This document shows positions 1 to 8,958 of a stretch of DNA of 64,000 nucleotides, piece after piece. The notes below the pieces were generated by a model. It saw only the letters and a list, made by a program, of their open reading frames with translations. It was not told the DNA's origin and made no database searches. Numbering within the stretch: the stretch's first letter is position 1; each line of letters opens with the position of its first letter. Source of the DNA: a virus. The stretch is taken from positions 96,001 through 160,000 of the IMG/VR virus record IMGVR_UViG_3300025584_000449. One strand, 5' to 3'. A program made the translations under genes and the position numbers.

Positions 1-13
1 AAACAAGGATAGT

Positions 14-727
14 ATGAGTCTTTTAGATAAAGTACAGACTACGCTAGATCCAAGTATTTGGCTTAAGAATTATAAGTTGAAACCTAAGGTTAGAAAACAA
101 CTTATTAGAGAACTTAAAAGAGTAATTCCAAAGTCTACAAAGATAATGGACATTTTTCTACTTGGGTCTATCACTGGCTATAAGTATACTGTAAGATCAG
201 ACATGGATGTCAACGTTATGGTTGATGTTAGCCCTGCTGATGCAAAAGTTTTACATGTAATGGCGCGTAACTTTGTTAATGGAAAATTAGTTACTGGGAC
301 CAGACATCCAATTAATTATTATATTCTTCCTTATAGGAAGAAGTCTGATTTCAAAGATGCTAAGTTTGGAGTCTATGATATATTAGGTGATAAATGGCTA
401 ATTCACCCTAGACTAGACCCAGAGAATATAAGAGATCCTAAAGTAGAATTCAAGAGTGAGCTAGAGCTAGCTAACTTATATGAAAAGATGTTAAAAGAAG
501 ATGTTGAGAACGAGGATGTCGAGGATATTCTCGATATAGAACGAAAAGTACACGTAGGTCGAGAAATGGCATATGATGTAGGTTTTGGCATTCCTAGACG
601 ATCTTTGCAGAACATAATATATAAGAAGTTGGAACATGGACCATACGGTAAAGTATTACAACATGCTCAAAAGATAAGATGGATTAGACGCAAGAAGCGC
701 AAAGCACGGATGGAAATGGATAAGTAA
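14..727 (+). CDS. Pol-beta superfamily nucleotidyltransferase-like protein
   Basis: GS-x(9)-D-x-D signature (LLGSITGYKYTVRSDMDVNV); basic C-terminal tail; abuts the terminase start. Confidence 0.65.
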   Translation: MSLLDKVQTTLDPSIWLKNYKLKPKVRKQLIRELKRVIPKSTKIMDIFLLGSITGYKYTVRSDMDVNVMVDVSPADAKVLHVMARNFVNGKLVTGTRHPINYYILPYRKKSDFKDAKFGVYDILGDKWLIHPRLDPENIRDPKVEFKSELELANLYEKMLKEDVENEDVEDILDIERKVHVGREMAYDVGFGIPRRSLQNIIYKKLEHGPYGKVLQHAQKIRWIRRKKRKARMEMDK

Positions 728-2284
728 ATGGCTAATACAAAATCTCAGCGCAAAGTAAAGATGACGAAGTCTCAGTTTGCTGAGAAATTTTTATATTTAA
801 ATGGTAGACAATTATCTTTGTCTGATTACCCTCATTTGAGGGCAATCTATGATTCAGATGCAAAAGACACTGTATTACAATTTAGCAGACAAACAGCAAA
901 GAGTACTACTCTTGCTAATCTAAAGATTGCTAACTGTGCGATGCGTCCATATTTTAAATCTCTTTACATTGCTCCTACAGTTGATCAGTGTAAAGTATTT
1001 TCACATGATAGAGTTGCACCTGTTATAGAATCGTCTCCATTAATTAAACAACACTACATAAATTCTTCATTAGTACAGAACGTACATATGAAGCAATTTC
1101 TAAATGGATCTAAATTATATTTAAGATATGCCCTGGTGAATGCTGATAGGATTCGTGGATATTCTGCAGATATGAATCTATTCGATGAGGCACAGGATCT
1201 TGCAGCTGATATTATACCAGTTGTTAGAGAGACTATGTCTAGATCTATGTATAAAAAGACTATGTACGCAGGCACTCCCAAGCGCACGCGCGGGACTCTG
1301 GCAGATATATGGGAGCGTTCTACTAAGAACGAGTTCATGCCCCGCTGTACTGGCTGTGGAAAATGGAACTTATTAGATGAGAAGAATATAGGTAATCTTG
1401 GGGTTATCTGTAAATACTGTGGTAAACTAATGGACATCAAATCAGGTCGTTGGGTACAGACTGGTGAAGAGGATGCTACGGTTGAGGGCTGGAGAGTTTG
1501 TTTACTTCATTTCTCTAAAGCTCCTTGGGTAGATTGGCAAAAAGATGTAATAGAGAAAATGAAGATTACATCTAAGGCTATTTTCTATAATGAAACATTA
1601 GCTCTATCCTTCGATGATGGTGTAGCTCCAGTTACTAGATCACAAGTTAAAAAATGCTGCACTGGTCCAAGAATATCTCATGGAGACCCCGATCTTACAA
1701 AAGATAGTATTAATGCCTTTCCTAGAATATTGGGAATTGACTATGGTCCAGTAAACTCAGACTCATCAAATACTGTGATATCAATAGTACAAAAACGTGG
1801 ACCAAAGTTTCATGTATTATATGCTAAAAAATTTTTAGGCAAAGAAGCCGACTATGCGTTTATACATGATGAGGTACCAAGAATAATGAATAAATGGGGA
1901 GCCGAGTTTATAGCCTCTGACTATGGAATGGGAGAGGCACCTAACTCAGAGTTTAGAAGACGTTTAGGATATGAGAAAGTAATCGCTTTCCAGCACATGC
2001 CTAATCAGAAAAAGGTAATGGAGTTCAACTCCAAAATGCCTGCGTATACCCTTGGTAGAAACCAAGTTATGAATATGTTCTTCCAAAGAATTAAGAGTGG
2101 GGCTTATATTTTCCCCGAAGGGCAAGAGTTTGATACATTTGTTGATGATATGTTAAATGTACAAAATGAATACAATGAAGAAATGAACACAATGAAGTAT
2201 GTTAATATTGGTCCAGACGACTTTGTTCATGCAACCATATTTGCGTCCCTTTCTGCAGAATTATACAGTAACGCGCAACTTTAA
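728..2284 (+). CDS. terL: Terminase large subunit
   Basis: Walker A-like SRQTAKST, RIRG..AD...FDEAQ Walker B, zinc ribbon CTGCG..CKYCG, C-terminal RNase H-like nuclease GIDYG...DDFVHA; directly upstream of head genes. Confidence 0.9.
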   Translation: MANTKSQRKVKMTKSQFAEKFLYLNGRQLSLSDYPHLRAIYDSDAKDTVLQFSRQTAKSTTLANLKIANCAMRPYFKSLYIAPTVDQCKVFSHDRVAPVIESSPLIKQHYINSSLVQNVHMKQFLNGSKLYLRYALVNADRIRGYSADMNLFDEAQDLAADIIPVVRETMSRSMYKKTMYAGTPKRTRGTLADIWERSTKNEFMPRCTGCGKWNLLDEKNIGNLGVICKYCGKLMDIKSGRWVQTGEEDATVEGWRVCLLHFSKAPWVDWQKDVIEKMKITSKAIFYNETLALSFDDGVAPVTRSQVKKCCTGPRISHGDPDLTKDSINAFPRILGIDYGPVNSDSSNTVISIVQKRGPKFHVLYAKKFLGKEADYAFIHDEVPRIMNKWGAEFIASDYGMGEAPNSEFRRRLGYEKVIAFQHMPNQKKVMEFNSKMPAYTLGRNQVMNMFFQRIKSGAYIFPEGQEFDTFVDDMLNVQNEYNEEMNTMKYVNIGPDDFVHATIFASLSAELYSNAQL

Positions 2285-2305
2285 ACTAATAATGTAAAAA
2301 ACTAC

Positions 2306-2334
2306 TTGACAAGTAGTTAGAGAGAGGCTATATT
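2306..2334 (+). promoter_or_regulatory. Sigma70-like promoter of the head operon (TTGACA-N17-TATATT)
   Basis: TTGACA 2306-2311, 17-nt spacer, TATATT 2329-2334; -35 box lies inside a perfect 9-bp inverted repeat (2300-2318). Confidence 0.75.
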
Positions 2335-2338
2335 TATT

Positions 2339-3412
2339 ATGATGATCACTTCCTTCGATTTAGATTCCTTTGGAAAACAAGCTGCAGAAAATTACGTATC
2401 TAGCGATGTATCGTTAAACGATACTATTACAAAAATCGCAGAAGACAACGGATTGAGTGTGCAGCAAATAACACGTGTGGTGGAGGCTGCAAACGTGGAA
2501 ACCTACCTGTCTCTATTAAAAACTGCAAAAGACAAGTACGTCGAATTTGACGTAGCTACTGCAAATGATGTGCACACTTCAGTAACAAAGGTTGCTGAAG
2601 TTTCTAATTGTCATGACTATGATGAACCTCCGTGCATCAATGAAGACGTCGCTCTTTTCTACATAGAAAAGACTGCAGAAATTCCAATAGACAGAGCTAA
2701 GATAGAAAAACAAGCTAGCGAACTAAGTGGAAAATTCGACTTCTTAGTTAACGCTTTACATGACAACGAGTTAGAAGCAGATACATTACTTAGAGATCTA
2801 AAAGTAATGACCAAGCAAGCTTTGTTACAAAATGTCGCTTTTAATGATTTAGGTTTAATCTACAAAGAAGCTATGCCTATTCTAGGCGAAGCTGTTCTTT
2901 CAGAAATTAAAAATACAATTACAGAAAATTCTCCTCATCTAGATCTTGAAAAAGAAGCTTCTATGAAGTTTGTAAATGAGGAAAGTGACTTCTTCCTAGC
3001 CGCACAGAACTTTGAAAAAGTGGCTGAAAAAAGATTAATGATCGCAGATGCTATCTCTCACTTTGAGGATAAGTACGAAGAGTTAAAAGAATTTGATGTT
3101 ATACTTCCTAAGTTAAATAAAACTGCTGGAAGTTTAAGAGGTCTTCTAGCAAAAATAAAAGGCATTCCTGCGTCATTAGGTGAAAAGATGCGTAAAGCTA
3201 AAAAGCTTAAAGCATCTAAAGAATACGTAAAAGAGCATGAGAAAAAACTAACCTGGAAACCCGAAATTCCTGTTAAAAAAACTTTGAAGAGAGTTGGAAT
3301 TGCTGGCATGGTCGGTGGCGGTTATGCTGTTGGTAAAGGAAAAGGTAAAGAAGACCAAGGCGATATCTTACGTACACAATTATTTAATCAACAAAGATTA
3401 AGGAAATATTAA
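2339..3412 (+). CDS. Head-associated protein of unknown function, rich in K-x-A motifs
   Basis: First gene after the head promoter; 11 K-x-A motifs counted by eye; basic Gly-rich C-terminus. Confidence 0.55.
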   Translation: MMITSFDLDSFGKQAAENYVSSDVSLNDTITKIAEDNGLSVQQITRVVEAANVETYLSLLKTAKDKYVEFDVATANDVHTSVTKVAEVSNCHDYDEPPCINEDVALFYIEKTAEIPIDRAKIEKQASELSGKFDFLVNALHDNELEADTLLRDLKVMTKQALLQNVAFNDLGLIYKEAMPILGEAVLSEIKNTITENSPHLDLEKEASMKFVNEESDFFLAAQNFEKVAEKRLMIADAISHFEDKYEELKEFDVILPKLNKTAGSLRGLLAKIKGIPASLGEKMRKAKKLKASKEYVKEHEKKLTWKPEIPVKKTLKRVGIAGMVGGGYAVGKGKGKEDQGDILRTQLFNQQRLRKY

Positions 3413-3987
3413 TGGATCTTTTAAAAGAAAAATTATTAGAAAAATGTGCTGGATCTAAATGGGAATCTATAAAAAAGATTACCACACCTTTTATAACCGG
3501 CTTAGCTATGGCTAGTGCGATGGCTGTTATCGGTGGTGGAATTGCAGTAACCCAGCAATGGATTAATAAACAGCAAAAGGATCCAGCGTTTAAAAAAATG
3601 CTTGAGATACACCCTGAATTACAAGAAGAAGATAAAGCCGATGTTATGAAGTATTTTGATTCTTTATATCATTTTGCCCCATCAATGGCAAAAGATCCAT
3701 TAGCTGCTGGAGCCTACATTAGACAAACTCTAAGAATGGCGACACATGGTGGGCCCACTATTGACACTATTAAGACCGTTACTGATATTGAAAGTGGAAC
3801 AGGCGCCTCTAAACCAAATGCACTGCAGTCTTTATATATGGATCAGCTAAACACAGCTATGAAGGTACCAATGGACTCTGGATCATCTGCTCCTGCGTCT
3901 CCCGCAGTGTCTATAGTAGATAAAACAGAACTACAGACGGCATTTAATAACGCATTTGAGAATCACATGTTTTCTGGGAATCCTTAA
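3412..3987 (+). CDS. Putative internal head protein
   Basis: Overlaps neighbours (TAATG junctions); N-terminal EKCA motif followed by hydrophobic segment FITGLAMASAMAVIGGGIAV. Confidence 0.45.
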   Translation: MDLLKEKLLEKCAGSKWESIKKITTPFITGLAMASAMAVIGGGIAVTQQWINKQQKDPAFKKMLEIHPELQEEDKADVMKYFDSLYHFAPSMAKDPLAAGAYIRQTLRMATHGGPTIDTIKTVTDIESGTGASKPNALQSLYMDQLNTAMKVPMDSGSSAPASPAVSIVDKTELQTAFNNAFENHMFSGNP

Positions 3988-5720
3988 TGTATAAAATCAT
4001 AGAATATTGTTATGGCGATCATGACACTGAACCTTTTACTTTAGTAAGTTCTAGTAACATGCATAAGACAGCTTCTTATGCCTCCGAGATATTAGAATAT
4101 ATTAAATTAATAGAAAAGAAGATTGATAAAACTTATGCGTTAGTTAACGCATTAAGTGCTGGCGAATTCTATGGTTCCAATAGAAATGGTGACTACTTTC
4201 CTGAAAACGCTTTACAGGCGTATCATAAAACGTTTGAAGCAATGGGACATGTATACAAACACCATGTAAATAAAGATCCTCGTAAATCTTTTGGGAAAGT
4301 AGTGTTTTCTCACTATAATCCTAAGATGCACAGGGTAGAGTTAATCATCGAGCTAGACAATAGCCGTGCTTCTGATATTATAGAAAAAGCAAATAAGTCT
4401 ATCTCTGATGTTAAAGTATCTATGGGATGTAAGGTCCCATACGATGTTTGTTCTATTTGCGGAAATAAAGCAAAGAGAACAAGAGACTATTGTGAGCACT
4501 TAACAACTAAAATGGGCAAGATACTGGACGATGGACGAAGAGTCTATGCAGTAAACACTATGCCTAAATTTTTTGATTTAAGTGTTGTTACAATACCTGC
4601 TGATAGAACAGCAGGGTTCTTAGCTAAGGTTGCATCATCTGTCTCAATTGAGACAGAAGTAATACCTTCTGCAGTATTAGCAGAGCAGTTATTAAAAGAA
4701 GGTGACCTGGAGTCACAAGCTGAGATTAAAAAAGAAATAGTTGCAAAGATTGATGGGTTAAGTGAAGATCCAAAAAAATTAGTTTTAAAATCACAAAAAG
4801 CAATGCCAAAAGAATTGTTAGAAAAGTTGTCAGAGTATCCGATAAATGAGGTATACTCTACTTTAATGGGACTATGTATTTTCCCTAAAAAGGAAGACTT
4901 TATGAAGATAGCTTTATATTCTAATGGGCAAGATAAATTAGCAGAAGACCTTGGAAATACTATAGATTTTAACTTTGGTATTGAAGATCCTATTATGGCT
5001 TCTGATGTTTCATTAGATTTTTTTAATGAAAAAATAGCAGAACTATTAGAATCCGAAGTTCCTAACTTATCTTTAGCAAAACCTTATGTGATAGCACGTG
5101 CTTTAGAGACTCCTTCTATTAATAAAGAAGCTTCTTTAAAATTAGAAGATGTTTTAGAACAGCATAAAGTTGCAGAAATTAGTTATAACCCACAAGCAGC
5201 AGCAACACCAAGTAAGATCAAAAATATATTATTTGATCATACCCCTGATCCAACACTAACTCCTCACAAGAACCCTCTAGTTCCAATGGCTGTTTTAGGT
5301 GGGCTATATGCAGGATATGCGAAGATGTTTCATAAAGCATTTTCTCATGGAGGGGTAACAGAGTTAGTTGCAAAATACCCGTGGATAGTTCCACTTCTTG
5401 TAGGAGCCGGAACCGTGGGATCTTTAAAAGTACAAGATTCACTGTTTAAATCCGCTGGTGCTTTGATTCCTGCTATAATTTTTGCTGGTATACCCAGTAC
5501 TTATTTATATGCAGGAATACAAGAAGCAAAAGTAAGAAGAGGCGAACCTATATCAAAAACCCAGAATTTTGTACGAAAGCACCCACTTTTGAGTACATTG
5601 TTAACAACAGGAGCGATAAAAGGTACGCAACTTATTATGAAAAAAGCCAGCTTAATTTCCAGAATGGATCAGGATACGGTAACAAAACTGTATGATGAAT
5701 TAATTAAGGAGAAGAAATAA
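3987..5720 (+). CDS. Prohead maturation protease (HK97/assemblin-like) with long C-terminal extension
   Basis: His motif HVYKHH, Ser motif VSMG, FDLSVVTIPAD resembling the ElSxVxxPA of S78 peptidases, zinc insertion CSICG..YCEH; upstream of scaffolds and capsid. Confidence 0.75.
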   Translation: MYKIIEYCYGDHDTEPFTLVSSSNMHKTASYASEILEYIKLIEKKIDKTYALVNALSAGEFYGSNRNGDYFPENALQAYHKTFEAMGHVYKHHVNKDPRKSFGKVVFSHYNPKMHRVELIIELDNSRASDIIEKANKSISDVKVSMGCKVPYDVCSICGNKAKRTRDYCEHLTTKMGKILDDGRRVYAVNTMPKFFDLSVVTIPADRTAGFLAKVASSVSIETEVIPSAVLAEQLLKEGDLESQAEIKKEIVAKIDGLSEDPKKLVLKSQKAMPKELLEKLSEYPINEVYSTLMGLCIFPKKEDFMKIALYSNGQDKLAEDLGNTIDFNFGIEDPIMASDVSLDFFNEKIAELLESEVPNLSLAKPYVIARALETPSINKEASLKLEDVLEQHKVAEISYNPQAAATPSKIKNILFDHTPDPTLTPHKNPLVPMAVLGGLYAGYAKMFHKAFSHGGVTELVAKYPWIVPLLVGAGTVGSLKVQDSLFKSAGALIPAIIFAGIPSTYLYAGIQEAKVRRGEPISKTQNFVRKHPLLSTLLTTGAIKGTQLIMKKASLISRMDQDTVTKLYDELIKEKK

Positions 5721-6359
5721 ATGTCAACACATGGAAAAACCTTAGACGATATTCTAGCCGAGCTAGAGACCGAAAGTCAAGAGAAAACTGCTGAAGAGAA
5801 GTTAGCAGAGGGTCTTTCCGAGGATACGGTTGAAGAAGAAGTAATTGAGGAGTCAACTGAAGAAGACACTAAAGAGACACCAGAAGATGATGAAGAGAAG
5901 ACGGCAGAAGAGATTGATAAAGTAGCAGAAGAGATGGACGTTCAAGGACGCTCCTTCGCTCGTGCCTTTGTTGATGAGTTACAGAAAATAGCAGTTGGTA
6001 CTGGCCCGTATACTGGTAACAGTGCGGATACCCCAGCTTCAGCCAAGTCTGTAAATCACTTGTCAGTCGGAGAACTTCCTGAAGCAGGTAAAGTCGACGC
6101 AGTAATTGCAAAGTTAAAAGAACTGACTGCCGCAACAGAAGCTAGTGTACCTTCTATTGAAATTGATACTAATTCTCAACCCGCACCTCGTAAAGCTCCT
6201 GATGAAACAGCAGGAACTATTGCCGCAGATTCTGCCCTAGCAGTAACTCACCAAGCCGCTCTTCCGAGCTCAGCTGGTGGTGTAGATATGGGTAAGCAAG
6301 CTGCTGATGAAATAGTAAACACTATTTACGATACATTCTTCACTGAAGGAGAGGAATAA
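5721..6359 (+). CDS. Acidic scaffold-like protein
   Basis: Very Glu-rich, between protease and capsid; C-terminus EIVNTIYDTFFTEGEE resembles that of the next gene. Confidence 0.55.
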   Translation: MSTHGKTLDDILAELETESQEKTAEEKLAEGLSEDTVEEEVIEESTEEDTKETPEDDEEKTAEEIDKVAEEMDVQGRSFARAFVDELQKIAVGTGPYTGNSADTPASAKSVNHLSVGELPEAGKVDAVIAKLKELTAATEASVPSIEIDTNSQPAPRKAPDETAGTIAADSALAVTHQAALPSSAGGVDMGKQAADEIVNTIYDTFFTEGEE

Positions 6360-6364
6360 AATTT

Positions 6365-6883
6365 ATGAGTAATATAATTGACGAAAGAGTAGAAATTATT
6401 TCTCAATATGCCGCTACTGCTGATGATCTATTAGCACAAGAATATGGTGAAGATTATGAGAAAGAAGATGTTGTTAAATTAGCCACATATATGTTAAATC
6501 ATGACATCGAAGCTGAAGAAGCTGAGGAAGTTGAAGAAACTACCAAAGAAGCAAGCTATGATATGGAGATTGAAAGACGCGAAGCTATCAGTGAGTATGT
6601 AAAGACTGCTTCTGCTCTCTTAACAGAAGAGCATGGCGAAGATTTTACTAATGATGATGTTGTTAAACTAGCTCAATACATGATCGAGTATGATGTCGAA
6701 GTTGAAGAAGAGGAAGCCGCTAAAGTAGCTTCTTACGAAGAAGCTGGACAGATCATGGCTAATGCTTTCTTAGCAGAGTTAAGCAAAGAAGCCGAAGAAG
6801 TTGAAGAGACCGAATCAGATAAAACAGCTGCCTATGAAATCGTAGAAAATTTATACGATAGCTTCTTTAATGAGGAAGAATAA
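6365..6883 (+). CDS. Acidic scaffold-like protein with internal tandem duplication
   Basis: Two ~60-aa repeats (ER.E.IS.Y...A..LL..E.GED....DVVKLA.YM); C-terminus EIVENLYDSFFNEEE. Confidence 0.55.
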   Translation: MSNIIDERVEIISQYAATADDLLAQEYGEDYEKEDVVKLATYMLNHDIEAEEAEEVEETTKEASYDMEIERREAISEYVKTASALLTEEHGEDFTNDDVVKLAQYMIEYDVEVEEEEAAKVASYEEAGQIMANAFLAELSKEAEEVEETESDKTAAYEIVENLYDSFFNEEE

Positions 6884-6904
6884 CTTTTTTAATTCGGAGT
6901 AAAT

Positions 6905-7216
6905 ATGACCACGGATGATAAATTAAAATTAGCTGCCGATACTATTCGTGCCATACGTGATGAATTAGAGGAGTTGCAGATGGTTAAGTCTGCACAGGAA
7001 ACAGCTATAGAGCTGTATGAAAATGGCAGATTTCCTGCAGAACGAGCTATTCAGTTTATGCAGGAATACTCCGAGGGAAGTTCAGAGGAGTTAGAAATCG
7101 TTAAGAAGGCTATGGAGTTACAAAGCCAAGAGAGTTTTAGTTTTGGAACTCTTAGTGACAGAATTCAAGACGATGGGTCTCTGGACAATTTTACTCGGTG
7201 GTTGATTGAAGATTAA
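6905..7216 (+). CDS. Small acidic head assembly/scaffold-like protein
   Basis: SD GGAG upstream; helical acidic sequence; position before decoration and capsid genes. Confidence 0.45.
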   Translation: MTTDDKLKLAADTIRAIRDELEELQMVKSAQETAIELYENGRFPAERAIQFMQEYSEGSSEELEIVKKAMELQSQESFSFGTLSDRIQDDGSLDNFTRWLIED

Positions 7217-7242
7217 ATATAACTTTTTAAGGAGAAAAGCAA

Positions 7243-7671
7243 ATGCTTAAGCTTTTAAGTAACTTAAATATTCTCCAGCGTGTTGAACTTACTATGCCTA
7301 ACTGGTCAGATACCACTCTTAAACAGGGTGCTTGGATTGGTCTTGGCGGTATTACCCCTGCTAGTAAGGGACTACTTGCCGCATATCCTATCTGGACAGA
7401 GTCTAATAGGAATAACACGTATGGATTTACACCCGATGCCGTTGCTACTGGAAAACTAACTTTACTAGTTGGTACTCACAGAGCAATGACTGACTGGGTA
7501 ACGACTTCAGGTATCTCAGTTGGCAGTCCGCTAGCAGTAGAGACAGATGGAACATTAGGTATCGGTACTATGGGAACACATAATATCGTTGCTTACTGTG
7601 AAGCTCTGACGACTAGCTACGTCTACATGGGTACAACTTATTCTAACGTAATAACCTACATCACTGCTTAA
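7243..7671 (+). CDS. Putative capsid decoration protein
   Basis: 142-aa Gly/Thr-rich beta-type protein immediately upstream of the major capsid gene; strong SD AAGGAG. Confidence 0.55.
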   Translation: MLKLLSNLNILQRVELTMPNWSDTTLKQGAWIGLGGITPASKGLLAAYPIWTESNRNNTYGFTPDAVATGKLTLLVGTHRAMTDWVTTSGISVGSPLAVETDGTLGIGTMGTHNIVAYCEALTTSYVYMGTTYSNVITYITA

Positions 7672-7682
7672 GGAGATAACTA

Positions 7683-8591
7683 ATGAGTAATATTTCAGCT
7701 AGCACTATTAATGAGCTGTTTATTCAGAAGCTAAATTCTCCTGATGGTATTGAGAAAGCAGCGTCTGAAGGTTCAGCGTTTATTCGCCAAAAGCTAAGAG
7801 AAGTTAGCTTTGCGCGTAAGATTATCCAGCCCGAGTATGTAACAAAGGCTGACTTGCAGAGATCAGTTAATCACGACGGTTTAGTGCGCATTGTTGATAT
7901 TGAGCCCGACTCAAAAGCAATGACAGTAAACTTCCGTGGTCAGCCTGATACGAACTACATCATGGGTGAGCGTTATGAGATTCCGTTCTATACAATCTCT
8001 AGTGATGATTTCCAGAAGACTGAGGAAGAGCTTCTAGCTTATGAAATGCCTCTAACTGAAATCATCGAGCGTAACTCTGTGAAAGATATTCAGAAAATTG
8101 AAGATACCTCGTTCTTGGCACAGGTTGAAGTAGCTATTACTGCTAGTTCACTGTCTGTCAGTGGTACTCTTACAAGTGGAGTAATTTCTAAGGATTCATT
8201 CCGTCAATTGTTTAACTTACTAGATGGTAACAACTTAAGAGCTGAGACCCTTCTAATGAGTACTGAGACCTTTAACCGTTTATTCCTATATGATGCAACA
8301 TCAGTTGGTGACGCGGTTGGTTCTGAGATTACAGTTAACGGATATACTTATGCTAGCTTGTTCGGTCGTAAGTTAATTGTTTCTAACAAAACAGACTTAC
8401 TACACAGTGGTACACAAGAGTATGTATATGTATTCGCCGCTCAGGAGTTCTTAGGTAACTTCTGTATCTTAAATGATACGAAGTTCTGGATTGAGAAGAA
8501 AAAGAATATTATCACATTCGCTGCTTATGAGGCAGTTGGAATGGGTATTGGTAATATTAATGGTTGCGGTAAGATGACCTTGTATCCGTAA
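7683..8591 (+). CDS. Major capsid protein (HK97-fold)
   Basis: 302 aa, last gene of the head operon, strong SD AAGGAG, followed by a strong terminator; N-terminal RQKLREVSFARKII and beta-rich C-terminus typical of HK97-type capsids. Confidence 0.8.
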   Translation: MSNISASTINELFIQKLNSPDGIEKAASEGSAFIRQKLREVSFARKIIQPEYVTKADLQRSVNHDGLVRIVDIEPDSKAMTVNFRGQPDTNYIMGERYEIPFYTISSDDFQKTEEELLAYEMPLTEIIERNSVKDIQKIEDTSFLAQVEVAITASSLSVSGTLTSGVISKDSFRQLFNLLDGNNLRAETLLMSTETFNRLFLYDATSVGDAVGSEITVNGYTYASLFGRKLIVSNKTDLLHSGTQEYVYVFAAQEFLGNFCILNDTKFWIEKKKNIITFAAYEAVGMGIGNINGCGKMTLYP

Positions 8592-8627
8592 ATATTAAGA
8601 CCGTTATAGTTACCGGACTTAATTTAG

Positions 8628-8659
8628 AGAGGGAGAGTGTAAAAGCTCTCCCTCTTTTT
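8628..8659 (+). terminator. Rho-independent terminator after the major capsid gene
   Basis: Perfect 10-bp stem AGAGGGAGAG / CTCTCCCTCT followed by a T-run. Confidence 0.85.
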
Positions 8660-8668
8660 GTTTATATC

Positions 8669-8697
8669 TTGACAAACAGGCGTTTAAGTGTTATATT
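8669..8697 (+). promoter_or_regulatory. Sigma70-like promoter (TTGACA-N17-TATATT)
   Basis: TTGACA 8669-8674, TATATT 8692-8697, right after the terminator and upstream of 8713. Confidence 0.75.
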
Positions 8698-8712
8698 TTA
8701 TATGGGGTTCTT

Positions 8713-8958
8713 ATGTTCGTTTATTTAGTTGAGTTAAAAAATGATATTCCAATAGTAGATAAAGATGCTGTAATAAATATTTTATTTATTGATAAATCTA
8801 ATAATTCTGCTATTGTGGGATCTGGTAAAAAATTAACTATATTTAAAGAAGAACTCAATGCAGAGGATGCAAGGAAACAATACAATAAAGAAACAAAGCC
8901 TAAGAAGGTACAGACTAAATCGATAATCTTAAAGTCTTCAGGAAAGTTTAATGGCTAA
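8713..8958 (+). CDS. Hypothetical protein
   Basis: 81-aa ORF after the promoter, overlapping the next start. Confidence 0.45.
   Translation: MFVYLVELKNDIPIVDKDAVINILFIDKSNNSAIVGSGKKLTIFKEELNAEDARKQYNKETKPKKVQTKSIILKSSGKFNG

Noticed and set aside
2339-3987. Portal protein assignment for the genes after terL
   Set aside because: No portal-like length or motifs recognisable; the portal is probably outside the window.
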